Assembly (NCBI GenBank): GCA_035486415.1
Contig: DATHNC010000057.1
Coordinates: 119 to 64,118, forward strand
Source: Candidatus Saccharimonadales bacterium
GTDB taxonomy: Bacteria; Acidobacteriota; Terriglobia; Acidiferrales; UBA7541
DNA: 64,000 nucleotides
Reading direction: 5' to 3'
Positions within the stretch are counted from its first letter, which is position 1, and each line of letters starts with the position of its first letter. Positions 1 through 9,058 of this stretch are shown here, one piece after another. The notes below the pieces were generated by a model. That model ran no database searches, had not been told where the DNA came from, and was given only the letters and a program-made list of their open reading frames with translations. The position numbers and the translations under genes were made by a program.

Positions 1-719
1 AGCGTCCCGATTTCAAGATGAAACTTTTCGCGGATATGGATGATGCCACTCCTGTTGATTCGCTCATTGCTTCGAGTTCATCAGGAATAACGCCAAGCGT
101 GATGCAATCCAAGTGCAAGCATCCCGAGCGCGTTGTCGTCGGGCATCCGTTCAATCCTCCCCACATTATTCCACTCGTCGAAGTGGTTGGAGGAGCCAAG
201 ACATCGCCCGGTGCGATCCAACGCGCGATGGCATTTTATGCGTCAATCGGGAAGAAACCTATTCACTTGCTGAAGGAACTTCCTGGGCACGTCGCGAACC
301 GGTTCCAGGCCGCGCTCTATCGAGAGATGCTTTACATCATTGAGCAAGGCATTTTGAGTGTCGAAGAAACGGATGCGGCCGTTGCTTATGGACCGGGACT
401 TCGCTGGGGCGTAATGGGGCAGAGCCTGCAATGGCACCTGGGCGGCGGCCCGAGCGGGATCCAACACTTTATGGAGCACCTCATGGATCCACTACAGGGA
501 ATGATGAAGGTGCTGGGAACTCCGAACATCACTCCCGAGCTGAAGCAGGCCGTCGTTGATGGGGTCATTCGCGAAGCGGGTGGGCGCTCCGTCGATCAGC
601 TCGCTCAAGAAGAAAATGAGGTGCTGGTGGGACTTCTTAAGCTGCGGAATAAATACTTCGAACACGGCACTCAAGCTGACTCAATAAAGAAACCAATAAG
701 TTCGGAAGCAAGCGCATAA
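1..719 (+). CDS. 3-hydroxyacyl-CoA dehydrogenase family protein (L-carnitine dehydrogenase-like), 5' end outside the window
   Basis: The frame is open from the window edge (RPDFK precedes the first Met at 18). HPERVVVGHPFNPPHIIPLVEVVGG and GLRWGVMG...HLGGG resemble the C-terminal half of NAD-dependent 3-hydroxyacyl-CoA / carnitine dehydrogenases. Stop TAA at 717-719. Confidence 0.8.
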   Translation, partial: RPDFKMKLFADMDDATPVDSLIASSSSGITPSVMQSKCKHPERVVVGHPFNPPHIIPLVEVVGGAKTSPGAIQRAMAFYASIGKKPIHLLKELPGHVANRFQAALYREMLYIIEQGILSVEETDAAVAYGPGLRWGVMGQSLQWHLGGGPSGIQHFMEHLMDPLQGMMKVLGTPNITPELKQAVVDGVIREAGGRSVDQLAQEENEVLVGLLKLRNKYFEHGTQADSIKKPISSEASA

Positions 720-825
720 GACCTGCGACCAAAGAGCGTCTACATTTTGATGCTCCCCGGTGTAGTCGATCCCGTTGAATTCACGAGGTGAGAGGGGCGC
801 AAGTGCCACACGTAGTGAGGGCCAC

Positions 826-2316
826 ATGATTTACGTTCATTCACTTGGTCGGGCTTGGCGATTTTACGGTGACCGGACGGCGCTTTCTCCCGGCGGCATC
901 CGGTTAACGTTTCAGGAACTGCACGAGCGCGTCGAGGGCATCGCAGTGGCGCTCAGCAATCAAGGTTTTCGCGCGGGCGACCGGCTCGCGTTGCTCCTGC
1001 CCAACGGACCCGAATTTATCGAGCTCGTGTACGCCTGCAGCCTGATGGGTGTCATCGCGATTCCTTTAAACACGAGGCTTTCCACAGCAGAAATAGACCA
1101 CGTGCTCACAGATGCAAGTCCGCACGGCATGGTGCGGCACTCCTTGTTGCCAAGCCCGACAGTGCAGCTCCCGTGGCAGCGGCTGCTCGACCAAGAACCC
1201 TGGCAGGCTCAAAACGATTCCTATCCCAACGCTTGTTACGATCCTGAGGCTGTTCTGGCCCTCATCTACACGAGTGGCACAACCGGCCGGCCAAAGGGCG
1301 TCAAGGTGACGCACGCTAATATTCTGGCGAACGTCGACCACTTCAACTATTGGATGGGATACAAAGAAGGTGGCGTCTATCTGCATGCCGCGCCGATTTT
1401 TCATATTGCCGATTTTCCGGCCATGTTTGCTGCACCGGCTTTCGGTGCGAAACAAGTCACGATTCCGAAGTTCAGTCCGCAAGGTTTCTGTGAATTAGTG
1501 GAACGCGAACGCGTGACTCACACGGTGCTTGTGCCGACCATGCTCAATCTGCTGACCCAGATGCCCGAAGGAAAATCGTATGACTTGAGCAGCCTCCAGG
1601 TCCTGGCATATGGCGGCTCTCCCATGGCGCCAGAACTTGTCCATCGTGTGAGAAAACTCCTACCAAACGTGAAACTTCTCCAGTGCTACGGACTCAGCGA
1701 GACCGGGTTCCTCACAGGCCTCGAAGATAAGGATCACGTCGAAAGCAAGCTCCTGTCCTGCGGACGGCCTTGCCCAGGTATTGATCTGCGAGTCGAGGAC
1801 GAAACGGGAAAGGAAGTCGAAGTCGGGCAGCACGGTGAACTGGTAGCGCGAGGCGCTAACGTGATGCATGGCTACTGGAACGATCAACAAGATACGACTC
1901 TCGCATTTCGAAACGGAATGTTTCGCACAGGAGACATTGGCTATCAAGATTCCAACGGATATTTCTACATCCTGGACCGTCTGAAAGACATGATCGTCAC
2001 GGGTGGCGAAAATGTTTATTCCGGCGAAGTCGAAGCGGTTATCTACAAACATTCCGCGGTACGTGAAGTGGCGGTCTTCGGAGTTCCTGACCGCCAGTGG
2101 GGTGAACTGGTGATGGCTACCATCGTGGTGAAGCCCGAAATGGTTCTGAGCGCGAACGATCTGACCAGCCATTGCAAGCAGTTCTTAGCGAACTACAAAA
2201 TCCCCCGCCGAATTGAGTTTTCCGATACCGAACTTCCGAAAAGCGGTTCCGGAAAAATCCTCAAACGAGTTCTTCGCGAACGATTTTGGGCACAAGAAAA
2301 GCGAGCGGTAGGCTAG
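826..2316 (+). CDS. AMP-dependent acyl-CoA synthetase/ligase
   Basis: ORF 775-2316. ATG at 826 is preceded by GAGGG. AMP-binding signature YTSGTTGRPKG; GDIGY...GYFYILDRLKDMI and C-terminal SGKILKR are typical of fatty-acid--CoA ligases. Confidence 0.85.
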   Translation: MIYVHSLGRAWRFYGDRTALSPGGIRLTFQELHERVEGIAVALSNQGFRAGDRLALLLPNGPEFIELVYACSLMGVIAIPLNTRLSTAEIDHVLTDASPHGMVRHSLLPSPTVQLPWQRLLDQEPWQAQNDSYPNACYDPEAVLALIYTSGTTGRPKGVKVTHANILANVDHFNYWMGYKEGGVYLHAAPIFHIADFPAMFAAPAFGAKQVTIPKFSPQGFCELVERERVTHTVLVPTMLNLLTQMPEGKSYDLSSLQVLAYGGSPMAPELVHRVRKLLPNVKLLQCYGLSETGFLTGLEDKDHVESKLLSCGRPCPGIDLRVEDETGKEVEVGQHGELVARGANVMHGYWNDQQDTTLAFRNGMFRTGDIGYQDSNGYFYILDRLKDMIVTGGENVYSGEVEAVIYKHSAVREVAVFGVPDRQWGELVMATIVVKPEMVLSANDLTSHCKQFLANYKIPRRIEFSDTELPKSGSGKILKRVLRERFWAQEKRAVG

Positions 2317-2781
2317 GCGAAAAGAATCCGTTGCATTCAGGAATGCCTCAAAGGTGTTTGATATGCCAGTAGTTCTGACAATGGAGAGCGTGCTTCCATG
2401 AAATCCTGGTGCGACATAGAGTTTGCCGCGGGGAACGGAAAAAATCGGCGGTCTGAAAAAGCCCGCCCCGACAGATCGTCTGCGATTTTCTCCCCTTTGA
2501 AATAATCACTCCAAAATTCCGAATAAAAATATCCAGACCGTCTCTATATCAAAGGTTGCTATTTTGGAAAATCGTTGCGAGAGGGATGAACATCACGGAT
2601 AATCAATCTGATTTTACAAACTTGAAAATCAATTCGACTTGCACGTAGTTCACGCTTTCGACTGTAACATTGCTGTAACATGGGCAGGGCTATCATTGCA
2701 GGACGTCGAAATGCAAATGCCGGCTTCATCCGCAGGCAAATTACACATGTGAATTGGCAGTCGTTCGGGAGGTAACCCAGC

Positions 2782-3117
2782 GTGCAACTTTCTATGGAAG
2801 AACTCGAAGGTCAGATCACGAAAGTGATCCTCGATGGCCGAATGGATATAACCGGCGCTGCGGACGTTGATTTGAAAATGAATGTGATTGCCGGCAGCAA
2901 AAAATTTGTGGTGATTGATGCGCAGAAAATTACTTTTCTCGGATCGATGGGCCTTCGAACGATTGTAAACGCGGTGCGCGCGGTTAAGGGCCGCGGCGGT
3001 AAAATTGTCATGTATGGAGCAAGTCAGGAAGTCGAGAAAGTCCTCACGGTGAGCGGCGTCAGCACACTCCTGCCCCTCCTCCCTGATTTGCAGAGTGCTA
3101 TCGCATTAATGAAGTAA
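2782..3117 (+). CDS. STAS-domain anti-sigma-factor antagonist (SpoIIAA/RsbV-like)
   Basis: 111 aa. GTG start preceded by GGGAGG. FLGSMGL motif has a Ser at the SpoIIAA Ser58-equivalent position (Ser55, codon 2944-2946). Gap-free paralogue of 15351-15686. Confidence 0.85.
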   Translation: MQLSMEELEGQITKVILDGRMDITGAADVDLKMNVIAGSKKFVVIDAQKITFLGSMGLRTIVNAVRAVKGRGGKIVMYGASQEVEKVLTVSGVSTLLPLLPDLQSAIALMK

Positions 3118-3350
3118 ACCGTGGCGCAATTGGGTTACAATACCCCCGCCTTTGAATCACTTAACGACAACGAATAGCACGATTCAGATCTACGATGAGC
3201 GGCAGCTTGTGCCCACTGTTCTTGGTGATTTGGGCCACGCGCACTCTTGGATTGAACGCATGATTTGGGCACGCCAAATTCCAACCTCCTACAAATTTGC
3301 GATAACCTTGCGCTTGAAAAAAAATCCGTCCTGCGTAATCGGGCAAGGGT

Positions 3351-5045
3351 ATGCAAATGAATAACTCGCCAGCAGACGACGGGGCCGTCCTCGAGCTTAT
3401 TTTTCCGGACAAATCCACGCGCAATGTGCCGATGAACTCCTTCCCATTTTTTATTGGCCGCGGCGCCGAAGGAAATAATCTCCAACTGGTTGATGCGCGG
3501 ATCTCCCGCCAGTGCGCCTCGATTGATTTCGTCAATGGAAAGTATCGCCTGGAAAATCGCGGGCATCGCCGCGGTTTATTCGTAAATAAAAATAAAGTCG
3601 AACAATGCGTATTGGAAAATAGAGACGCGATCACGTTCGGCCTGGATGATTCGTACGAAATTATTTTCCGCGTTCCGACGGCGGACACTTCCATCCAAAC
3701 CATTCTCAGCCGCATCGACGGTGTTTCCACGGAAGAAACGGTTTCCGGCGGCCTTAGCAAACTGAATTTGCTTCTTGCCGCGACCTCCCTTCTGCATTCC
3801 GAGCTTCCCCTGGACTCCGTTCTGGGCACGATGCTCGACCATGCAATTTCCGTCACGAACGCCGACCGCGGCCTGTTGATCGAAGCCGATTCGCCGGCCG
3901 CGTTTCGAATCCGGCTGGCACGTCAAAGCGGCGGATTGCAATTGTCATCAGAAAACCTCGCGCCTAGTCAGACTGCGCTTCGCCAGGCGTACGAACTGCA
4001 ATCCAGCGTGATTACCGAAGACCTCGCTCAAGCGGACACCGAATTGCAAGCGGCGATGAGCATCGTGGCCCAGCACCTCCGCGCCATCGTCGTCATTCCG
4101 CTTTATGCCATGCATCGCGAGACTCCATCGGATGCAGTTACACCCGTGCGGCGAAATGATTTCCTGGGCATGCTGTATCTGGATTCCCGGCGTCCTACGG
4201 CATTTTCAAAAATTGATCGCGAGATTCTGGATGTTCTCGCCGTGCAAGCCGCCAGCATTTTGGACAACGCCCGGCTCGTCGAACATGAGCGCGAACGCCA
4301 GCGCATGGAGCAGGAGCTGGATATTGCCAGGAACATTCAGCAGGCTCTCCTGCCAAGAGGATTCCGCGATTTTCCGCAACTGGCCATTTCCGGCGTGAAT
4401 TATCCTTGCCACGCCGTCGGTGGAGATTACTTCGATGTGTTTCCGATGGGCGAAGAACGCACCGCGTTTGTCGTTGCCGACGTCGCCGGAAAAGGACTTG
4501 GCGCGGCCCTTGTTACAACCATGCTGCAAGGCTCCTTAACAGGTGTGGGGATTGGCGCTGATCCTGTGCTCCTGTTTCAGCATATGAACAAGTTTCTGTG
4601 CGAGCATGCGGAAGTCGGCCGCTATGCGACGGTATTTTTCGGAATCGTTGACCGCGCGGGAAATCTTGAATATCTGAATGCCGGTCATCCATCGCCGATT
4701 GTGATGCGTGGCGCTCAAGTCAATGAGTTGTTTGAAGCGGGTTCGTTCCCTGTCGGCCTGGTTCCCGAAGCAACGTATAAGACGGACCATGCCAAGCTCG
4801 AGCCCGGCGACACTTTGGTATTGTTCAGCGACGGCGTAACAGAGGCGACGGATCCTGCCGAACAAATGTACGGAGTTCCGCGGCTTTGTGAAACGCTTGC
4901 GGGCATGCAGGACGTTCCACTCGAACAAGTTCAAAAGAAAGTTGTGGATTCTGTCAACTCTTTCGCGCGCGGGGCCAGCCAGGCGGATGATATTACGTTG
5001 CTGCTGGTTCGTTATCTGGCGGCGGGGCAATCCGCGGCAACCTGA
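3351..5045 (+). CDS. FHA-GAF-PP2C (SpoIIE/RsbU-type) serine phosphatase
   Basis: N-terminal FHA signature (FFIGRG...ISRQCASI...NRGHRRGLFVN). Central GAF-like region. C-terminal PPM/SpoIIE motifs GGDYFDV, VADVAGKG, NAGHPSP, LFSDGVTEA, DDITLLL. Confidence 0.85.
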   Translation: MQMNNSPADDGAVLELIFPDKSTRNVPMNSFPFFIGRGAEGNNLQLVDARISRQCASIDFVNGKYRLENRGHRRGLFVNKNKVEQCVLENRDAITFGLDDSYEIIFRVPTADTSIQTILSRIDGVSTEETVSGGLSKLNLLLAATSLLHSELPLDSVLGTMLDHAISVTNADRGLLIEADSPAAFRIRLARQSGGLQLSSENLAPSQTALRQAYELQSSVITEDLAQADTELQAAMSIVAQHLRAIVVIPLYAMHRETPSDAVTPVRRNDFLGMLYLDSRRPTAFSKIDREILDVLAVQAASILDNARLVEHERERQRMEQELDIARNIQQALLPRGFRDFPQLAISGVNYPCHAVGGDYFDVFPMGEERTAFVVADVAGKGLGAALVTTMLQGSLTGVGIGADPVLLFQHMNKFLCEHAEVGRYATVFFGIVDRAGNLEYLNAGHPSPIVMRGAQVNELFEAGSFPVGLVPEATYKTDHAKLEPGDTLVLFSDGVTEATDPAEQMYGVPRLCETLAGMQDVPLEQVQKKVVDSVNSFARGASQADDITLLLVRYLAAGQSAAT

Positions 5046-5259
5046 CGGAATAATATCTTCATTGCTGAATGACTCAGGTTCCGATTAGAATTTGGCGATT
5101 CAAAGCAAAGTAGTGAGTTTGGGTTGATGAATTTGAATAGGGAATGGTTGATCCCTGTCGATCATTCGTATTTTCCCACCTGGTAAGAATAGTATCCGGA
5201 TTCCTTGTGATTGTGCCCTGCGAATCACGAGAAAAAAAGCTGTTTTAGAGGAGGTCCAA

Positions 5260-8200
5260 ATGGAGAGGCTTACCCAGTCGATCCGCTACATTTTCAATTT
5301 TGTGCTTCTGGTTGCCATGTGCCTGTCGACGGCAAGAGCGCAGGATTCAGGTGGACGCATCATCGGCAACATCACGGACCAGGCAAAGGGAGTGGTTGCC
5401 GGTGCAAACGTAACTGTGACGAATGAAGGCACGATGAAATCCGATCGCACCGTTACGAACGCGGAGGGTTTCTATCAAGTCCTCGCTCTGCCTATCGGTT
5501 CTTACAGCGTGACCATCGAAGTGGCAGGGTTCGAGAAACAGGTTTTTGAGCATCAGGGATTGGAGATCAACCAGACGCGGCGTGTCGATGCGCAACTTAA
5601 GGTCGGCGTGGTAACCGAATCCGTGATCGTGACCGAACAGCCGGTGGCCATTGAAACCGTCAACCAGACGATCGGCGGCACCATCATTGGCGCAGCGATT
5701 CAGGAAGCTCCATTAAATGGGCGCGACGTTTTGCAACTTGCATTGCTTCAACCTGGCGTGACCGAAACCAATCCCGATAATCAGAGCCAGGGTGCCTTCA
5801 GCATCGCTGGCGGCCGCACCGACAGCGTCACGTTTTTGCTGGACGGAGCTGAGAATAACAATCTACTCAACAACGGTGTTGTGTTTAATCCGAATCCGGA
5901 CGCCATCGCCGAATTCCGTATTCTTGAAAGCAATTATTCCGCGGAATATGGGCGCAATAGTGGCGGGATCGTCAGCGTGGTGACCAAGTCTGGGACGAAC
6001 GTATATCATGGGACTGTTTACGATTACCTGCGCAACGATGCATTCAACGCCAACACATTTTTCAATAATGAGCAAGGAATCCCCCGGAATATTCTGAAGC
6101 GCAACCAGTTCGGCGGTACTTTGGGTGGGCCTCTTTCCGTTCCTCATTTGGTCAACGGGAAAGACCGTTTCTTTTTCTTCGTAAGTTACCAGGGTCAAAG
6201 ACTTTCAGAGCAGGAAACTACCATTCCCTCGCAAACGCGCGTATTCACGAAGGCGGAATTGGGGGGCGACTTTTCGAAGTCTGGGCCAAATGGCACACCA
6301 GATCCTAATGTTGTGTGCTTTCTGACTGGATTTCTCCCCGGCGGCGTCACACCGTGCGGATCGACAGCTCAATCTTTCTTCCAATCGAATTCGCAGATGG
6401 CTGCCCAGGGAATACTGGACCCGACGAAATTCAATCCAGCTTCAATGAAATATATAGCTGCGGGACTAATACCTTCGACAACAAATGCGGACGGCCTCGT
6501 AACGCCAGTCGGTTCGCACATAGATAATCGCAACGAATTGACCATGAAGTTCGATTTCCAGATCACGGAAAAGGACAAGCTGACTGCAACCATCGGCGGC
6601 TTCCGGAATCCGGTGCTCGATCCTTTTATAACGCCTGCAAGTCCAGTGGCGTTCGCGAATGTTGCGGGTTATGGAGTAAATGAAAATTATAATTCTTATT
6701 TAGTAAACCTGGCGTACAGCCGAACAATTAATTCCGGTATGCTGAACGAACTGCGCTTTTTCACGCAGCGCCAGCACACAACGCAGGGAGTGCCCTCTAC
6801 ACAACTGCCAACAGCCAGCCAACTTGGAATTGCCATTACTCCGGACAACCCATCTGGACCGCCGCTACTGCAGTTTGATACAGGGCTCGAAACGGGCTTC
6901 AGCTACCAGGGCCCGACGACGCTGGTAAACAATACATTTGGCGCCACAGATACTTTCAGTTGGATTCATGGCCGACATAATTTGAAGTTCGGCGGTGGAA
7001 TTTCTTCCTACCAGAACAATGAAGTTTACGATTTCATTGTGAATGGCGTATTTACGTTCATCGGAGCAGGCGGAACGGGGACAGGAAATTCATTTGCCGA
7101 TTTCCTTCTCGGCCTGCCCAACAACTATCAGCAAGGTCCTGCCGCGCCTTCCAACATTCGCACCAAATCATTTTACGGCTTCGCACAAGATGAGTGGCGC
7201 GTGGCCAGGCGCCTTACTTTGACTTTGGGCTTGCGCTACGAGTACAACAGCCCGAAATACGACACCGAAGGCCGCACTTTTTCGATTATCCCGGGCCTGC
7301 AATCCTCCATTTTCACGAATGCGCCCCCTGGTCTTGTTTTTCCCGGAGATCAAGGCGCGCCGCGCGGCGTGAATTTTCCTGTGAAGAACAATTGGGCGCC
7401 GCGATTCGGATTTGCGTGGGACCCGCGCGGGGACGGAAAAACAAGTCTTCGCGGCGGTATTGGGGTTTTTTATGACATCCTGAAGGCCGAAGACAATTTT
7501 CAATTTAATGGCCAGGCTCCATTTTTTTCCGGGGCATTCTTCGGATTTAATAGTTTGCCTCCGGGCCAATCCAGCATCGTTACCAATTTTTCAGATCCCT
7601 TCGGATCGATTGGCATACCGAATACTTTTCCGTCCACACCGCCTCCGTCGACCCTGGACTTCAGCCCTTATCTGCCATTCGGTGCGGGCAGTTTGTTCTT
7701 CGTCGATCCACATCTCCGGACTCCTTATACCTATCAATACAATCTCAGTTTGCAGCGGCAACTGACGTCGAATTTGTCCCTTGAATTGGGCTATCTTGGA
7801 AGTTCTTCGCACGGACTGACTTCCCTTCAGGATGTCAACCCATTCATATTGGGAACGACGAATAGAGTATTAAACAAGGGCGCGGGCGATTCGACATGTG
7901 CCGATGAGACGGGCGGAAATATCAATCTTTCTGGATGCAGCTTTGCCGGAATTTCCGAATTTAAAAATGTGGCAAACGCCACCTATAACGGGCTCGATGT
8001 AAATCTTCAGGAACAGCTTCACAAGTCGGACAGATTTGGCGGAGTTTATTTTACGTTGGGCTATACCTACAGCCACGGAATCGACAACGCCTCGGGCTTC
8101 AACCAGCGGAACAGGAATGTCCCATCCTATGATCCGGGATTGTTTCGAGCGTCGAGTGACATGGACCTTCGCCATCGATTTACGTTCAGCGGCAACTGGG

Positions 8201-8802
8201 ATTTGCCATTCGGCCACATGTGGCGCGGGGGCCCGAAGCGCCTGACGGAAGGCTGGAGTTTGTTTCCCATTATCAGTTGGAGATCCGGCTTCCCCCTGGA
8301 CATCTTCGCGGACCTCCCTGACAGAAATTTAGCCGGTACGGAAGGACCGTCGGGCGCAGGCGATCCTCAGGTCGTCCATGCCAATGTTGTGGGTCCAACG
8401 AATACGAAGAACCCCCGAGCGAATGGAAATTTGTGGTTCAACCCAACTAGCTTTAGCAATGCTCGTTGCTTCGATCCCCTAAATCCGCCGCCTTGCACTC
8501 CCGGTCCCGGCTTGTTTCCTGCCGATTCTCAGGTCGTAGCCAATCCGGCGCTGGCAACTTACGGTTCACTGCCGCGCAACTTTCTGCGCGGCCCGGGCCG
8601 CTTCAATTTTGATCTAACCGTGGCCAAGTCCATAGCAATTACAGAACGGATGAAGCTGCAATTCCAGGCGGACATTTTCAACGTATTCAACCAGGCTGAA
8701 TTCCTGAATCCCGATACGACCATTACAGATCCAACGTTCGGGCAAATCACCAACACGTCCGACCCGCGCATCATTCAACTCGCTGCGCGTTTCAGCTTCT
8801 AA
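5260..8802 (+). CDS. TonB-dependent outer-membrane receptor with N-terminal carboxypeptidase-regulatory-like domain
   Basis: 1180 aa. GGAGG RBS and signal peptide ending ARAQ. N-terminal GRIIGNITD...GANVTVTN...GFYQV..LPIGSY beta-sandwich. Plug-like region (NGRD...LQPGV). Terminal aromatic residue (RFSF), as in beta-barrel proteins. Confidence 0.85.
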   Translation: MERLTQSIRYIFNFVLLVAMCLSTARAQDSGGRIIGNITDQAKGVVAGANVTVTNEGTMKSDRTVTNAEGFYQVLALPIGSYSVTIEVAGFEKQVFEHQGLEINQTRRVDAQLKVGVVTESVIVTEQPVAIETVNQTIGGTIIGAAIQEAPLNGRDVLQLALLQPGVTETNPDNQSQGAFSIAGGRTDSVTFLLDGAENNNLLNNGVVFNPNPDAIAEFRILESNYSAEYGRNSGGIVSVVTKSGTNVYHGTVYDYLRNDAFNANTFFNNEQGIPRNILKRNQFGGTLGGPLSVPHLVNGKDRFFFFVSYQGQRLSEQETTIPSQTRVFTKAELGGDFSKSGPNGTPDPNVVCFLTGFLPGGVTPCGSTAQSFFQSNSQMAAQGILDPTKFNPASMKYIAAGLIPSTTNADGLVTPVGSHIDNRNELTMKFDFQITEKDKLTATIGGFRNPVLDPFITPASPVAFANVAGYGVNENYNSYLVNLAYSRTINSGMLNELRFFTQRQHTTQGVPSTQLPTASQLGIAITPDNPSGPPLLQFDTGLETGFSYQGPTTLVNNTFGATDTFSWIHGRHNLKFGGGISSYQNNEVYDFIVNGVFTFIGAGGTGTGNSFADFLLGLPNNYQQGPAAPSNIRTKSFYGFAQDEWRVARRLTLTLGLRYEYNSPKYDTEGRTFSIIPGLQSSIFTNAPPGLVFPGDQGAPRGVNFPVKNNWAPRFGFAWDPRGDGKTSLRGGIGVFYDILKAEDNFQFNGQAPFFSGAFFGFNSLPPGQSSIVTNFSDPFGSIGIPNTFPSTPPPSTLDFSPYLPFGAGSLFFVDPHLRTPYTYQYNLSLQRQLTSNLSLELGYLGSSSHGLTSLQDVNPFILGTTNRVLNKGAGDSTCADETGGNINLSGCSFAGISEFKNVANATYNGLDVNLQEQLHKSDRFGGVYFTLGYTYSHGIDNASGFNQRNRNVPSYDPGLFRASSDMDLRHRFTFSGNWDLPFGHMWRGGPKRLTEGWSLFPIISWRSGFPLDIFADLPDRNLAGTEGPSGAGDPQVVHANVVGPTNTKNPRANGNLWFNPTSFSNARCFDPLNPPPCTPGPGLFPADSQVVANPALATYGSLPRNFLRGPGRFNFDLTVAKSIAITERMKLQFQADIFNVFNQAEFLNPDTTITDPTFGQITNTSDPRIIQLAARFSF

Positions 8803-8821
8803 GTTAAGAAAAATACGTGCG

Positions 8822-8859
8822 AACCCTGCGCGGGGTTGAATTGCCGCTTGCGCAGGGTT
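8822..8859 (+). terminator. Hairpin downstream of the TonB receptor gene (possible terminator, no U-tract)
   Basis: AACCCTGCGC (8822-8831) pairs with GCGCAGGGTT (8850-8859), 20 nt after the stop. No T-run follows, so intrinsic termination is uncertain. Confidence 0.3.
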
Positions 8860-9058
8860 TGCTCAGCAGACGAAAAAAATCCAGAAAATATTTTGAAGCG
8901 CGGATCGTCTCTCCATTTCTGGATAGTCGAGCACTCCAGTTGGAACCTGTCGGGCAAGCCTACACCATCAATTTGAACCCCTAACTGCAAATGCTGCTTG
9001 TATTTCCTCAACGAAATCCCATAATTAGGAGTGATTTGGAGTTGTTGATTCCCTGTCT

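Noticed and set aside
5046-5259. Riboswitch (for example cobalamin) in the leader of the TonB receptor gene
   Set aside because: I could not recognise a B12 box or any other conserved riboswitch core in the 214 nt leader. A covariance-model scan would be needed before making any call.
5260-8802. The 1180-aa TonB receptor as a novel system on its own
   Set aside because: Large receptors with a carboxypeptidase-regulatory-like N-domain are very common in Acidobacteriota-type genomes. It is interesting only through its placement inside the partner-switching block.
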